Shown: positions 43,507 to 51,055 of the stretch, one piece after another
How positions within the stretch are numbered: the first letter of the stretch is position 1
How the letters are laid out: every line of letters begins with the position of its first letter
Assembly (NCBI GenBank): GCA_015233335.1
Contig: JADFXX010000001.1
Span: 134,302-198,301 of the forward strand
DNA length: 64,000 nt
From: Candidatus Omnitrophota bacterium
GTDB lineage: Bacteria; Omnitrophota; Gorgyraeia; Zapsychrales; Fredricksoniimonadaceae
Direction: 5' to 3'
Notes under the pieces: model-generated
Database searches by the model: none
Told to the model about the DNA's origin: nothing
What the model saw: only the letters and a program-made list of their open reading frames with translations
Translations under genes and position numbers: made by a program

Positions 43507-44775
43507 TTATTTCCCCGCACCAATGACGATTCGTGCAGAATTTGGATTCTGCGCCGCTACATTCTGCATTTGATTATTCTGCATTTGATTCGCTTGCATT
43601 GTAGAATCCAATATCTGATGACAATTGGAACATACTCCCCTATATGCATGCGGCATCATGGCATCCCGACTGATCGGCGGAGCCTGCGTTACCGGTTGCG
43701 TCATAGCCACCTGATTACCATAATTCCCGTTACCATAGAATCCATTTTGATACTGCGGTGCCATCTGGTTATATTGCTGTGCAACAGGCTGCATAGTATT
43801 CGGCTGCTGATAATAATTCGGCTGTTGATAATAGTTAGGCTGCTGATTATAATTCGGCGGCTGATAATAATTGGGCTGCTGATTATAGTTAGGCTGCTGG
43901 TACATCCCCCCCTGTCCCTGCATGGCTCCAGCTTGCATTCCGTTAGGCGGCAGCGGGCAATACGGATTATTCCCCATGCCCATACCCATCCCTACAGCCT
44001 GCCCCTGCATATATTGCCCGCCTTGACCAAAGGCTGCTTGAGTATTGTCAAAAGCTGGTTGTTGCATTTGATAATTTTGATTATATTGCTGTGCAACAGG
44101 CTGCATTCTATTAGGGATCGGACAATACGGATTGTTTCCCATGCCCATTCCTTGCCCCTGCATAAATTGTCTTCCCTGACCAAATGCAACTTGCGTGTTG
44201 TCAACAAAACCTTGGGGTGTTTGTGCCGGGACATTCGCTTGGGGTACCGATGCATTCATCGGCTGCGGTGATGCTGATATTCTTGCCTGACGATAAAGCT
44301 TAACGACCTTCTGCGCCCGGCCCTGATAGCCGCCGAACACCCTGATACCGAATTGCATCAAAACATTATAACTTTGGGGGTCAATGTTGCCCACGATCAC
44401 AGCTTCTTCCCCTTTACTCGCAACCAAATAAATGAGCTGACTGCTGGCATCAGGGCCGCGATAAGGATTCTTGACAGCTTCAACAAGTTTCCCTGAAAGA
44501 GGATTGACCACCAGAAAATAACGCGCTTCGTTGAGTGTCGCAGATACATTGGAAGCCAAAGATTGACCGTCGGTTGCGATCACGATCATCCCGCAGGCAG
44601 GATTGCCCTGCATGGCACTTTTGCCTTCGGGTGAAAACAAAGCATAAAGGCCGACGATCAAAACCACCAGGATCGCGCCAAAAATGAAGAAGGTGTTCAG
44701 GTCGGCATTCTTAAATTTCGCCATGAACTCTTCAAAAGTTTTATCAAAGCTTTTCGCTAACGGCTTCTTGACCAT
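43507..44775 (-). CDS. Membrane-anchored NifX/NifB-C-like domain + Q/N/P/Y/G/M-rich repeats + single C-terminal magnetochrome
   Basis: 422 aa. A TM helix, a NifX-like region (IVIATDGQSL...ARYFLVVNP...EAVIVGNIDPQSYNVLMQFGIRVFGG), a low-complexity region with an internal duplication and hexapeptide repeats, and a C-terminal MPHAYRGVCSNCH (CSNCH at 43618..43632). Confidence 0.6.
   Translation of the reverse strand: MVKKPLAKSFDKTFEEFMAKFKNADLNTFFIFGAILVVLIVGLYALFSPEGKSAMQGNPACGMIVIATDGQSLASNVSATLNEARYFLVVNPLSGKLVEAVKNPYRGPDASSQLIYLVASKGEEAVIVGNIDPQSYNVLMQFGIRVFGGYQGRAQKVVKLYRQARISASPQPMNASVPQANVPAQTPQGFVDNTQVAFGQGRQFMQGQGMGMGNNPYCPIPNRMQPVAQQYNQNYQMQQPAFDNTQAAFGQGGQYMQGQAVGMGMGMGNNPYCPLPPNGMQAGAMQGQGGMYQQPNYNQQPNYYQPPNYNQQPNYYQQPNYYQQPNTMQPVAQQYNQMAPQYQNGFYGNGNYGNQVAMTQPVTQAPPISRDAMMPHAYRGVCSNCHQILDSTMQANQMQNNQMQNVAAQNPNSARIVIGAGK
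43801..43905. repeat. Coding 18-nt tandem repeat, ~5.5 copies (hexapeptide NY[NY]Q[QP]P)
   Basis: cggctgctgataataatt / cggctgttgataatagtt / aggctgctgattataatt / cggcggctgataataatt / gggctgctgattatagtt / aggctgctgg..., read directly from the sequence. Confidence 0.85.
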
Positions 44776-44792
44776 AAAATACCCCCATCTTT

Positions 44793-45401
44793 TTATCTAA
44801 AAATCGGCCCGTACTGCACTGCTTGGCCCACGGCCGGAGAACCCATCTGCCAGCTTCCCTTATTCGGGCCCATGAGAGGACCATACTGATACTCAAAGGG
44901 AATGGTCATATAAAAAGTATTCCCATCCCGATAAATTTCAAGCAAAATACCTTCACGATATTGGACCTTATTGACCACATTAATAAAATCGTGAGTGCTC
45001 CTGACATTCTTGCGGCTGACCGAAAGGATCACATCCCCGGTCTTGACACCGTATTTCTGGGCCAATTCTTTCCCCTCATCAATGACGAACATCCCTTTAA
45101 TGTTGCCGGGGATCTTAAAATCTTTTCTGATATTCCTTGAAACGGGTGCGACCTCCATGCCGATCCAAATCATGCTGTCACCCTTTTCAATGACCACTCC
45201 CCTTTGGACAGCCCTTGGCTCCCGGCCTTCCGGAAATATTTCCAACGATTGCAAAAACCAGCAAAATAAAATGATCGCACCAATCCCAAGCCCGACAAAC
45301 AATACCGGCTGCTTGTTCCAAAAATCCTTGATTTTTACCTTGATCTTTTCAAAGTCCTTGAAATTCTCAAAATTTAGCGTTGACGCGGTTTTTTTCTTCA
45401 T
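44793..45401 (-). CDS. Membrane-anchored single-PDZ protein
   Basis: 202 aa. A TM helix and a PDZ core (IKGMFVIDEGKELAQKYGVKTGDVILSVSRKNVRSTHDFINVV). 4-nt overlap with the protease gene. Confidence 0.6.
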   Translation of the reverse strand: MKKKTASTLNFENFKDFEKIKVKIKDFWNKQPVLFVGLGIGAIILFCWFLQSLEIFPEGREPRAVQRGVVIEKGDSMIWIGMEVAPVSRNIRKDFKIPGNIKGMFVIDEGKELAQKYGVKTGDVILSVSRKNVRSTHDFINVVNKVQYREGILLEIYRDGNTFYMTIPFEYQYGPLMGPNKGSWQMGSPAVGQAVQYGPIFR

Positions 45402-46789
45402 TGTAGCCTCACGAGGATCTCGTCTTCTTTTCCGTTCCTCAAGATCCGTACATTAACGTTTTCACCGGCTCTGAAATTCTGCACGACTTTAGGAATTTCA
45501 TCCTTGTCAGTAATGAGCACCCCGGCGACAGAAAGAACAACATCCCCGCGCTGGATGCCTGCGTTTTCAGCCGGCGAACCGTGGACAACCCTGTTGACCA
45601 AAACACCCTGCGTATCCCTTAACCCAAATTGTTTGGCAATAATAGAATCCATAGGCATGACTTCAAGTCCGAAACGGATAGGAACCGGAGATCTTTTGAT
45701 GTTAGGCAGATCAAACTGTTGGGCCGCCAGCAACCCTTTTTGATCGACTGGGAAGGAATAGTTCTTGCCCAAATTCCTGGATAAAAAATCTTTACAGTCG
45801 TTGATGGGAATGGCAAAACCCGTTCCGCTGAAAACCCCTGTAGGCGCATAGATCGCAGTGTTCATCCCGATCACTTCGCCCTTTAGATTGACAAGAGGGC
45901 CTCCGGAGGAACCGCGGTTGATGGCGGTATCCGTCTGAAAAAGGTTCCCGTACTGGACCCCTTCAATCGCGATGGATTTGCGTATACCGCTGATGATACC
46001 GCTCGTGACCGTCTGCTCAATACCGAACGGACTGCCAACCGCCACCACATAATCACCGATCTGTGAAAAGCTTGAATCGCCGATGGCCGCTTCTGGAAAG
46101 GGACCGTCAGCTCTGAGTTTCAGGATAGCCATGTCCATCTTAGGATCCTGTGCCACCACATCCGCAAATATATCACGGGGCGGTTGACCAAAGACCGTGA
46201 CCACAATGTCTGTCGCTTCAGCAATCACATGATAATTCGTCAGTACAAATCCGCGTTCATCAACAACAATGCCGGCGCCGATATTTTCAAAACCTTTATT
46301 CTCGATAAATTTATCAATAGCCCCGCTAAAAGGAGGAACAAACTGCAAGTTCTGAGCATTTGGATTCGAACGTCCGACTGGTGTGCGCACTACATGCCGG
46401 GCATGCACATCACACACAGAAGGAATAATGGCATTAACAGCATATTTCAGTGAATCCTGAAAACCGCCATTATTGACTTGATTGGCCACAAGCTGCATAT
46501 TCCCGTATGGCGTGGCTTTAGTTATAGCCGCGCGGACATAGTTGCTGTCGGTGGGTAGCGTGGTCATCGCGGCAGGCATCACGCCCCCGGGAAAGGACGG
46601 CTCACCGGGAATCGGAAGCTTGACCTTGGGGGCTTCCACTTCTTTGACCCCCTGTAAGATGTCTTCACGCTTCATGACAACCCAGAAGACCGACATGACC
46701 GATAAAGCGACCAGCCCCATGATCCATGGACCTATCGGCTGGTGACAAAATCCGTCTTCAACTTCTTCCGGTTCTTTTTCTTGCGGCAT
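45398..46789 (-). CDS. mamE: Trypsin-like HtrA/DegP serine protease with TM anchor and one PDZ, MamE-like (N-terminal-type, no magnetochrome)
   Basis: 463 aa. Catalytic His (TNYHVI), Asp (DMAILKL) and Ser (GSSGGPLVN), with a C-terminal PDZ (GSPAENAGIQRGDVVLSVAG). No CxxCH motif. Confidence 0.85.
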   Translation of the reverse strand: MPQEKEPEEVEDGFCHQPIGPWIMGLVALSVMSVFWVVMKREDILQGVKEVEAPKVKLPIPGEPSFPGGVMPAAMTTLPTDSNYVRAAITKATPYGNMQLVANQVNNGGFQDSLKYAVNAIIPSVCDVHARHVVRTPVGRSNPNAQNLQFVPPFSGAIDKFIENKGFENIGAGIVVDERGFVLTNYHVIAEATDIVVTVFGQPPRDIFADVVAQDPKMDMAILKLRADGPFPEAAIGDSSFSQIGDYVVAVGSPFGIEQTVTSGIISGIRKSIAIEGVQYGNLFQTDTAINRGSSGGPLVNLKGEVIGMNTAIYAPTGVFSGTGFAIPINDCKDFLSRNLGKNYSFPVDQKGLLAAQQFDLPNIKRSPVPIRFGLEVMPMDSIIAKQFGLRDTQGVLVNRVVHGSPAENAGIQRGDVVLSVAGVLITDKDEIPKVVQNFRAGENVNVRILRNGKEDEILVRLQ

Positions 46790-46813
46790 ATCAACTCCAA
46801 AAATTATCTCTGA

Positions 46814-47038
46814 TCAAAATACTAATTTCTCATCTGTCCCGCCGGTCGCGGCCCGAGGATTAGGAAAAGCGGCCTGAACGGCAGCGGGAGTTGGTACGGC
46901 CCCCTTAACACTCCTGCGATGCCAATGTCTTCCCTTGGATTCGAAAAAAATAGCGCTCGCGATAATCACACAAACTGCGAGGATAACCAGATATCCAAAC
47001 CAAGGGCTGAAACATTGCTCTTTCTTACGGCCGATCAT
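46814..47038 (-). CDS. Small membrane protein, unknown
   Basis: 74 aa with a single TM helix (WFGYLVILAVCVIIASAIFF). Lies between the mamI-like and mamE-like genes. Confidence 0.35.
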   Translation of the reverse strand: MIGRKKEQCFSPWFGYLVILAVCVIIASAIFFESKGRHWHRRSVKGAVPTPAAVQAAFPNPRAATGGTDEKLVF

Positions 47039-47064
47039 AACGCCTCACAGAAGCTTAAAAAAAT

Positions 47065-47235
47065 TTACTTCTTATCCTTTAAAAATTTCAAACCGGTATT
47101 GACAGCGATCAATCCGCCTATAAAAAGCACGAGCGGCAATCCACCACGCAAAAAATCGCCGAAATTATCCCACCATCCGATGATCCCGACAAGCCCTAAT
47201 AAAGCTGCGATACCACCTCCGATAATATGCACCAT
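47065..47235 (-). CDS. mamI: MamI-like small two-TM magnetosome membrane protein
   Basis: Below the ORF-track cutoff. My manual translation is MVHIIGGGIAALLGLVGIIGWWDNFGDFLRGGLPLVLFIGGLIAVNTGLKFLKDKK (56 aa), with a GGAG RBS. The WW..F.FLRG..P..L..GL.A pattern matches my memory of MamI (..TAWWWSVTEFLRGAVPVALLI.GLVAL..). Confidence 0.65.
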   Translation of the reverse strand: MVHIIGGGIAALLGLVGIIGWWDNFGDFLRGGLPLVLFIGGLIAVNTGLKFLKDKK

Positions 47236-47298
47236 TTCACCTTCTCCTTTTGTTGTTGATCGAACCTCTTTTGATTGATTCGTTTAATACTACAAGCT

Positions 47299-47661
47299 TC
47301 ATGTCAGGATATGTGAAACCTTATCCTTGAGAGAAGCAATATATTGTCCTGACACATAGGCGCTTCTTTTAAAAATACGGGAAATATTTGCCTTCTGAGC
47401 CGCTAGACTGGAAGCTGCAAAAACAGTTCTTTGCAAAACCTTGGGCTTAACTGTATGAAAACCGGCTTTGGTTTCAATGACATGGCCGATGTTTTTTTCT
47501 TGCTTAAGGAGGGATGTAATGCAACTTTCTGGGATTCTATGGTGCCCGCCAAAGGTTGAGGCGGCTTTGATCTTGCCTTGTTTGATCCAATTAAGAATAG
47601 TAAAACGAGTAACGTGAAGGGCTTTCGCAGCTTGTGATGTTGTGAAATATTGAGGGGGCAT
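47299..47661 (-). CDS. Excisionase/MerR-type helix-turn-helix DNA-binding protein
   Basis: 120 aa. YFTTSQAAKALHVTRFTILNWIKQGKIKAASTFGGHHRIP matches the excisionase-family HTH. The C-terminal 70 aa are unknown. Confidence 0.6.
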   Translation of the reverse strand: MPPQYFTTSQAAKALHVTRFTILNWIKQGKIKAASTFGGHHRIPESCITSLLKQEKNIGHVIETKAGFHTVKPKVLQRTVFAASSLAAQKANISRIFKRSAYVSGQYIASLKDKVSHILT

Positions 47662-47712
47662 GTAGATTTATATAAAGGCCAAGTAATTATAATTCTAAAA
47701 AAATAACTGCCA

Positions 47713-47742
47713 AGTATATCAACCAATATCGACCTGTGTCAA
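47713..47742 (-). promoter_or_regulatory. Candidate sigma70-type promoter (TTGACA-18-TATACT) for the HTH gene and possibly the mam operon
   Basis: On the minus strand: -35 TTGACA (47737..47742), an 18-nt spacer and -10 TATACT (47713..47718), about 50 nt upstream of the ATG at 47661. Confidence 0.45.
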
Positions 47743-47774
47743 GAAATTATTATTAGGAGATTTAGTGAAAAATA

Positions 47775-47792
47775 ATTGTTGAAATTGTTGAA
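47775..47792. repeat. Tandem 9-mer direct repeat attgttgaa x2 (minus strand TTCAACAAT x2), copy 1
   Basis: Read directly. Lies downstream of apbE and about 33 nt upstream of the -35 above. A near-identical 18-mer is at 48775..48792. Confidence 0.8.
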
Positions 47793-47819
47793 AAAACTCC
47801 GGCGAGGAACCCTGTATCA

Positions 47820-48770
47820 TTATTTATTTAGAAACCTATCTGTTTGATATTGAATGATTTTTCCATTATTGTTTTCAATGACCAGGGCTTCAACATTTTT
47901 CAAAGAACGGATAAGATCCAGACCCTTGACGCCACCCATAACACACAGCGCGGTTGACAGCTCGTTAGCTGCCTGTGTAGTGGAAGCTATGACAGTAGCG
48001 CTGGCCGCCCCCTTTTGCGGATAACCGGTCCTGGGATCTATAATATGAGCATACCTCTCTGTGCCTATGGTAGAAAACTTCTCATAACTGCCCGAGGTGG
48101 AAATACCGCAGTCCTTAAGCTCGATATCCCTGACTATTTTGGCCTTGTCAAACGGGTCTTGAATGCCAATGATCCAAGGGATCTCCCCCCTATTTTTACC
48201 GCGGCAAAATATCTCCCCGCCGCCATCTACCATGAAATGCCTGATCTGATGAGAATCAAGGATTAGAGCCACCTCATCACAAAAATATCCTGACGCCGGA
48301 GAACCCAAATCCACCATCATGCCTTTTTTCATAAAAAAGACTAAATTAGGCTCTACAAGTACGATATGTTGATAGCCAACCTTGTTCCTCACACTTTCCA
48401 AGGTCTCTTTGGAAGGAAGCTGCCCCTCACGAGCCGCGTTTTTCCACAATTCCACCAGAGGATAAATCGTAACATCATACGCCCCTGCAGTTAACCTTGA
48501 ATATTCAAGTGCATGTTTCAGAAGCTTAAAAACATCTTCCCCAACACCAACGCCTTGATGTCCCACTCCGTTAAGCCAGCGGATACTGCCTTCAAGCGGT
48601 TCGCCATACACGTTCATATATGTTTGGATACGCTCAGCCACCTTCCAGCATGACTTAGCTATACTGCCGAAATCAATAACAGCATCATAGAAACAATGGA
48701 TCCAGACAGAAGTACCAAAATAGGGCCTGACCTCATAATATTCTTTGAGACCTTGCGGGTGTTTTTTCAT
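47820..48770 (-). CDS. apbE: FAD:protein FMN transferase ApbE
   Basis: 316 aa. GAYDVTIYPLVELW, VDLGSPASGY, GISTSGSYEKF and HIIDPRTGYP are ApbE family motifs. Confidence 0.9.
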   Translation of the reverse strand: MKKHPQGLKEYYEVRPYFGTSVWIHCFYDAVIDFGSIAKSCWKVAERIQTYMNVYGEPLEGSIRWLNGVGHQGVGVGEDVFKLLKHALEYSRLTAGAYDVTIYPLVELWKNAAREGQLPSKETLESVRNKVGYQHIVLVEPNLVFFMKKGMMVDLGSPASGYFCDEVALILDSHQIRHFMVDGGGEIFCRGKNRGEIPWIIGIQDPFDKAKIVRDIELKDCGISTSGSYEKFSTIGTERYAHIIDPRTGYPQKGAASATVIASTTQAANELSTALCVMGGVKGLDLIRSLKNVEALVIENNNGKIIQYQTDRFLNK

Positions 48771-48774
48771 TTAA

Positions 48775-48792
48775 ATTGTTGAAATCGTTGAA
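48775..48792. repeat. Tandem 9-mer direct repeat attgttgaa/atcgttgaa, copy 2
   Basis: 17/18 identical to 47775..47792. Lies in the 30-nt gap between the channel-like gene and the apbE start. Confidence 0.8.
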
Positions 48793-48800
48793 TTGATTCT

Positions 48801-49538
48801 TTAATACCTCAAATACTTGCGGCAAAGGCCGGTCAAATAAAGCGGAATGGTAAAAATACCGATAAAAGCTTCGATGACGGCAAAGACCTTGTTGAATCCC
48901 ACAGGGGTCATATTGATGGTCCAAACCTTGGTATAGGCGGTGAAACTAAAATAAGCAGCTTGAAGAAAACCCAGTTTGATGGCAGCATTGTCTTTAATAA
49001 AACCCCCTTGAGTGTAAAATAACGCAAATATAAGGATCAGTACAAAGCTAAAAAGAACGATCCGGTGAGGACGTTCGCCATAGCCCCACAAAAGACAGCC
49101 AATGGTCGCGGTGATCAGGGGAAAAAATTGCCCGCCTGTCTTTTTAAAATTAAAATGCAACAGGCCCTGTAACAAAAACCTGCGATGGGCCTCCTTGGAC
49201 TTAAAAAAACATTCTGACAGGGAATTGTTATCATTATCTCTTTCATAGGCAATCGCGGCATATTTGAAAAGCGTGGAAGCATATTCAAGGTCCCCTGCTG
49301 TTTGGGCCTCCTGCGCCGCTTCCTCATAAAGGAAAGCTACACGGTGAAATGTCTTTTCTCCCAGTATCAGTGCCCGGCTGCTGGCTGAAGCGGCCAGACA
49401 AATTGCGGCCCGGTCATGTTTATCCTGGCGTTGGTAACCTTTGGCCGCCTGAAAATACAGCTCCGCGGCCTCCTGATAATTTTCCTGTTCCAGAAGTTCA
49501 TGCGCCTGCTGTTCCGTTGACTTTTTCTCCTGGCTCAC
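48801..49538 (-). CDS. TPR-like N-terminal domain fused to a two-TM ion-channel-like domain
   Basis: 245 aa. WGYGERPHRIV, a TM helix, a pore-like AAYFSFTAYTKV and a second TM helix resemble the Ion_trans_2 family, but the selectivity filter is not canonical (no TVGYG). Confidence 0.5.
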   Translation of the reverse strand: MSQEKKSTEQQAHELLEQENYQEAAELYFQAAKGYQRQDKHDRAAICLAASASSRALILGEKTFHRVAFLYEEAAQEAQTAGDLEYASTLFKYAAIAYERDNDNNSLSECFFKSKEAHRRFLLQGLLHFNFKKTGGQFFPLITATIGCLLWGYGERPHRIVLFSFVLILIFALFYTQGGFIKDNAAIKLGFLQAAYFSFTAYTKVWTINMTPVGFNKVFAVIEAFIGIFTIPLYLTGLCRKYLRY

Positions 49539-49870
49539 TTCAAAAACTCCAAAGCATCTTCATGGCTGTCAAATATATTAAACAGCTTATGGACTTTCGT
49601 GATCTCAAATACGGAAATGATCTTTTTGTTCACATGGCAGAGACACATCCGGCCATTGACTTTAGCAAAACTCTGGACTATCTCCAGAAGCAGGGAAATC
49701 CCTGAACTGTCTACAAAGGGGACCTTGTCAAAATCGACAATGACCCGGGATTTCTTCTCTTTTAATACCTTTTTAAAAGCCTCACGAACACGGGAAACAT
49801 TATCCATGTTAAGCTCGCCGTTTAATAATACGAGCGTAATATCATGTATTTTTTCAAACTTGATGTTCAC
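49535..49870 (-). CDS. STAS-domain anti-sigma-factor antagonist (SpoIIAA/RsbV-like), copy 2
   Basis: 111 aa with the conserved phosphorylatable-serine context FVDSSGISLL. About 55% identical by eye to the STAS protein at 52622..52957. Confidence 0.85.
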   Translation of the reverse strand: MNIKFEKIHDITLVLLNGELNMDNVSRVREAFKKVLKEKKSRVIVDFDKVPFVDSSGISLLLEIVQSFAKVNGRMCLCHVNKKIISVFEITKVHKLFNIFDSHEDALEFLK

Positions 49871-49874
49871 TGTT

Positions 49875-50291
49875 TTACTCCTGTCTTAAGGCCTTGACCA
49901 TTTTTATGGTACGGCCTTTATTTAAGAACCGGACATGATCCATGGAATGCAAGATCAGATACACCCCGCGGCCGTGAAGCTTCCCTATATTATCTTCCGT
50001 GGTTGGATTCGGGATCTTGTTAAAATCAAAACCTTGTCCTTGATCCGATATCTCCATGGTTATTTCCTTTGTGCTGACCTTAACAAGAACATGGACCGTC
50101 AAATCACTTTTTTCTTTGTTTCCATGCTTAACAGCATTGACCACAGCTTCATGAAGACATAATTTAAGGTCAAAGAGCGTATCCTCATCTATTTGTATAT
50201 CCCTCAACTTTTTGACAACCGAAGCTACAAACGCAGGCACCATATGCAAGCGTGAAGGGATTTTTTCATCAACAATCGCATTTAAGGACAT
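49875..50291 (-). CDS. Anti-sigma regulatory factor, Ser/Thr kinase (RsbW/SpoIIAB-like HATPase_c)
   Basis: 138 aa. N-box HEAVVNAVKHGN and G-boxes DQGQGF and GRGVYLI. Confidence 0.8.
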   Translation of the reverse strand: MSLNAIVDEKIPSRLHMVPAFVASVVKKLRDIQIDEDTLFDLKLCLHEAVVNAVKHGNKEKSDLTVHVLVKVSTKEITMEISDQGQGFDFNKIPNPTTEDNIGKLHGRGVYLILHSMDHVRFLNKGRTIKMVKALRQE

Positions 50292-50292
50292 A

Positions 50293-50925
50293 TTATTTTT
50301 CCTTCGCGCGGAACAAGAGTTTCCAAGGATTTTTCTTCAGGTCATAAGACATCTCTTCCAAATTAGCTGAAGTGCCCTCTAAATGCAGAGACATAACGTT
50401 AAAATTAGCCAGAATATCATCAATATTCTTTTCATTCTTCTTCAGACGCTCATCAATGTCGCTTGCGATCTCATTGGCTTTGCCGAGCAGCACATGACCG
50501 TCACTCATGATCTGATTAAAATCGACCGGTGACTGCCCCAGGATCACGGCTCCCCCTTCAAGAAAAGCCCCGTGAGGGTCCCCGGCTGTCAGGGCGATAT
50601 ACTTCTCACCCATAAATCCAAGATTTTTGATCATGGCCCGAGCGCCTTCCTTGATCCTGGCACTTTTGTTAAGCCACAAGGTCAGCTCCATAAGAGTCTC
50701 ATCTGATTCATATTTGATCTGAATATCTTCAACTACACCAATCTCAAGTCCGTTGAGCATGACCGGCGAATTCCGGCTTACTCCATCAATATCATTAAAA
50801 AAAGTTTTGATGCGATAGCCGTCTTTTTTGAGGGTAAAGTTCCCGCACTTGATGGTAAGCCCCATCAAAATGATGATCCCCAAAATCACCATTAAACCAA
50901 TCTTTGTCTCATTGTTAAGCTGCAT
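50293..50925 (-). CDS. mlaD: MlaD-like MCE-domain protein (ABC lipid transport, periplasmic component)
   Basis: 210 aa. An N-terminal TM helix and an MCE core (FNDIDGVSRNSPVMLNGLEIGVVEDI). Confidence 0.75.
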   Translation of the reverse strand: MQLNNETKIGLMVILGIIILMGLTIKCGNFTLKKDGYRIKTFFNDIDGVSRNSPVMLNGLEIGVVEDIQIKYESDETLMELTLWLNKSARIKEGARAMIKNLGFMGEKYIALTAGDPHGAFLEGGAVILGQSPVDFNQIMSDGHVLLGKANEIASDIDERLKKNEKNIDDILANFNVMSLHLEGTSANLEEMSYDLKKNPWKLLFRAKEK

Positions 50926-50973
50926 ATTTATTCCTTATTAATTATGTTTAAATGACTTGCCTCTTTAGCCATG

Positions 50974-51053
50974 GTGTCATTGCGAGCCCCGTAAGGGGCG
51001 AAGCAATCTTTTTAAAAGATTGCCACGTCGCCTTCGGCTCCTCGCAATGACAC
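50974..51053. repeat. Palindromic intergenic repeat, type A, full copy
   Basis: gtgtcattgcgagccccgtaaggggcgaagcaatct ... agattgccacgtcgccttcggctcctcgcaatgacac, between mlaF and mlaD. Confidence 0.9.
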
Positions 51054-51055
51054 AT

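Noticed and set aside
43456-44271. 271-aa plus-strand ORF (Leu/Ile/Arg-rich, LIIIRLLIIVRLLII...)
   Set aside because: It is the antisense shadow of the Q/N/Y-rich repeat region of the minus-strand magnetochrome protein. It is low complexity with no motif, and the opposite strand is far better supported.
47299-47661. Excisionase-family HTH as a sign of a prophage or integrative element
   Set aside because: No integrase, att-like tRNA, or phage or transposase genes are present anywhere in the window. I treat the gene as a small regulator.
47775-48775. Exact 1000-bp spacing of the two 18-mers flanking apbE
   Set aside because: The round number has no biological meaning in itself. Only the sequence identity is reported as a finding.
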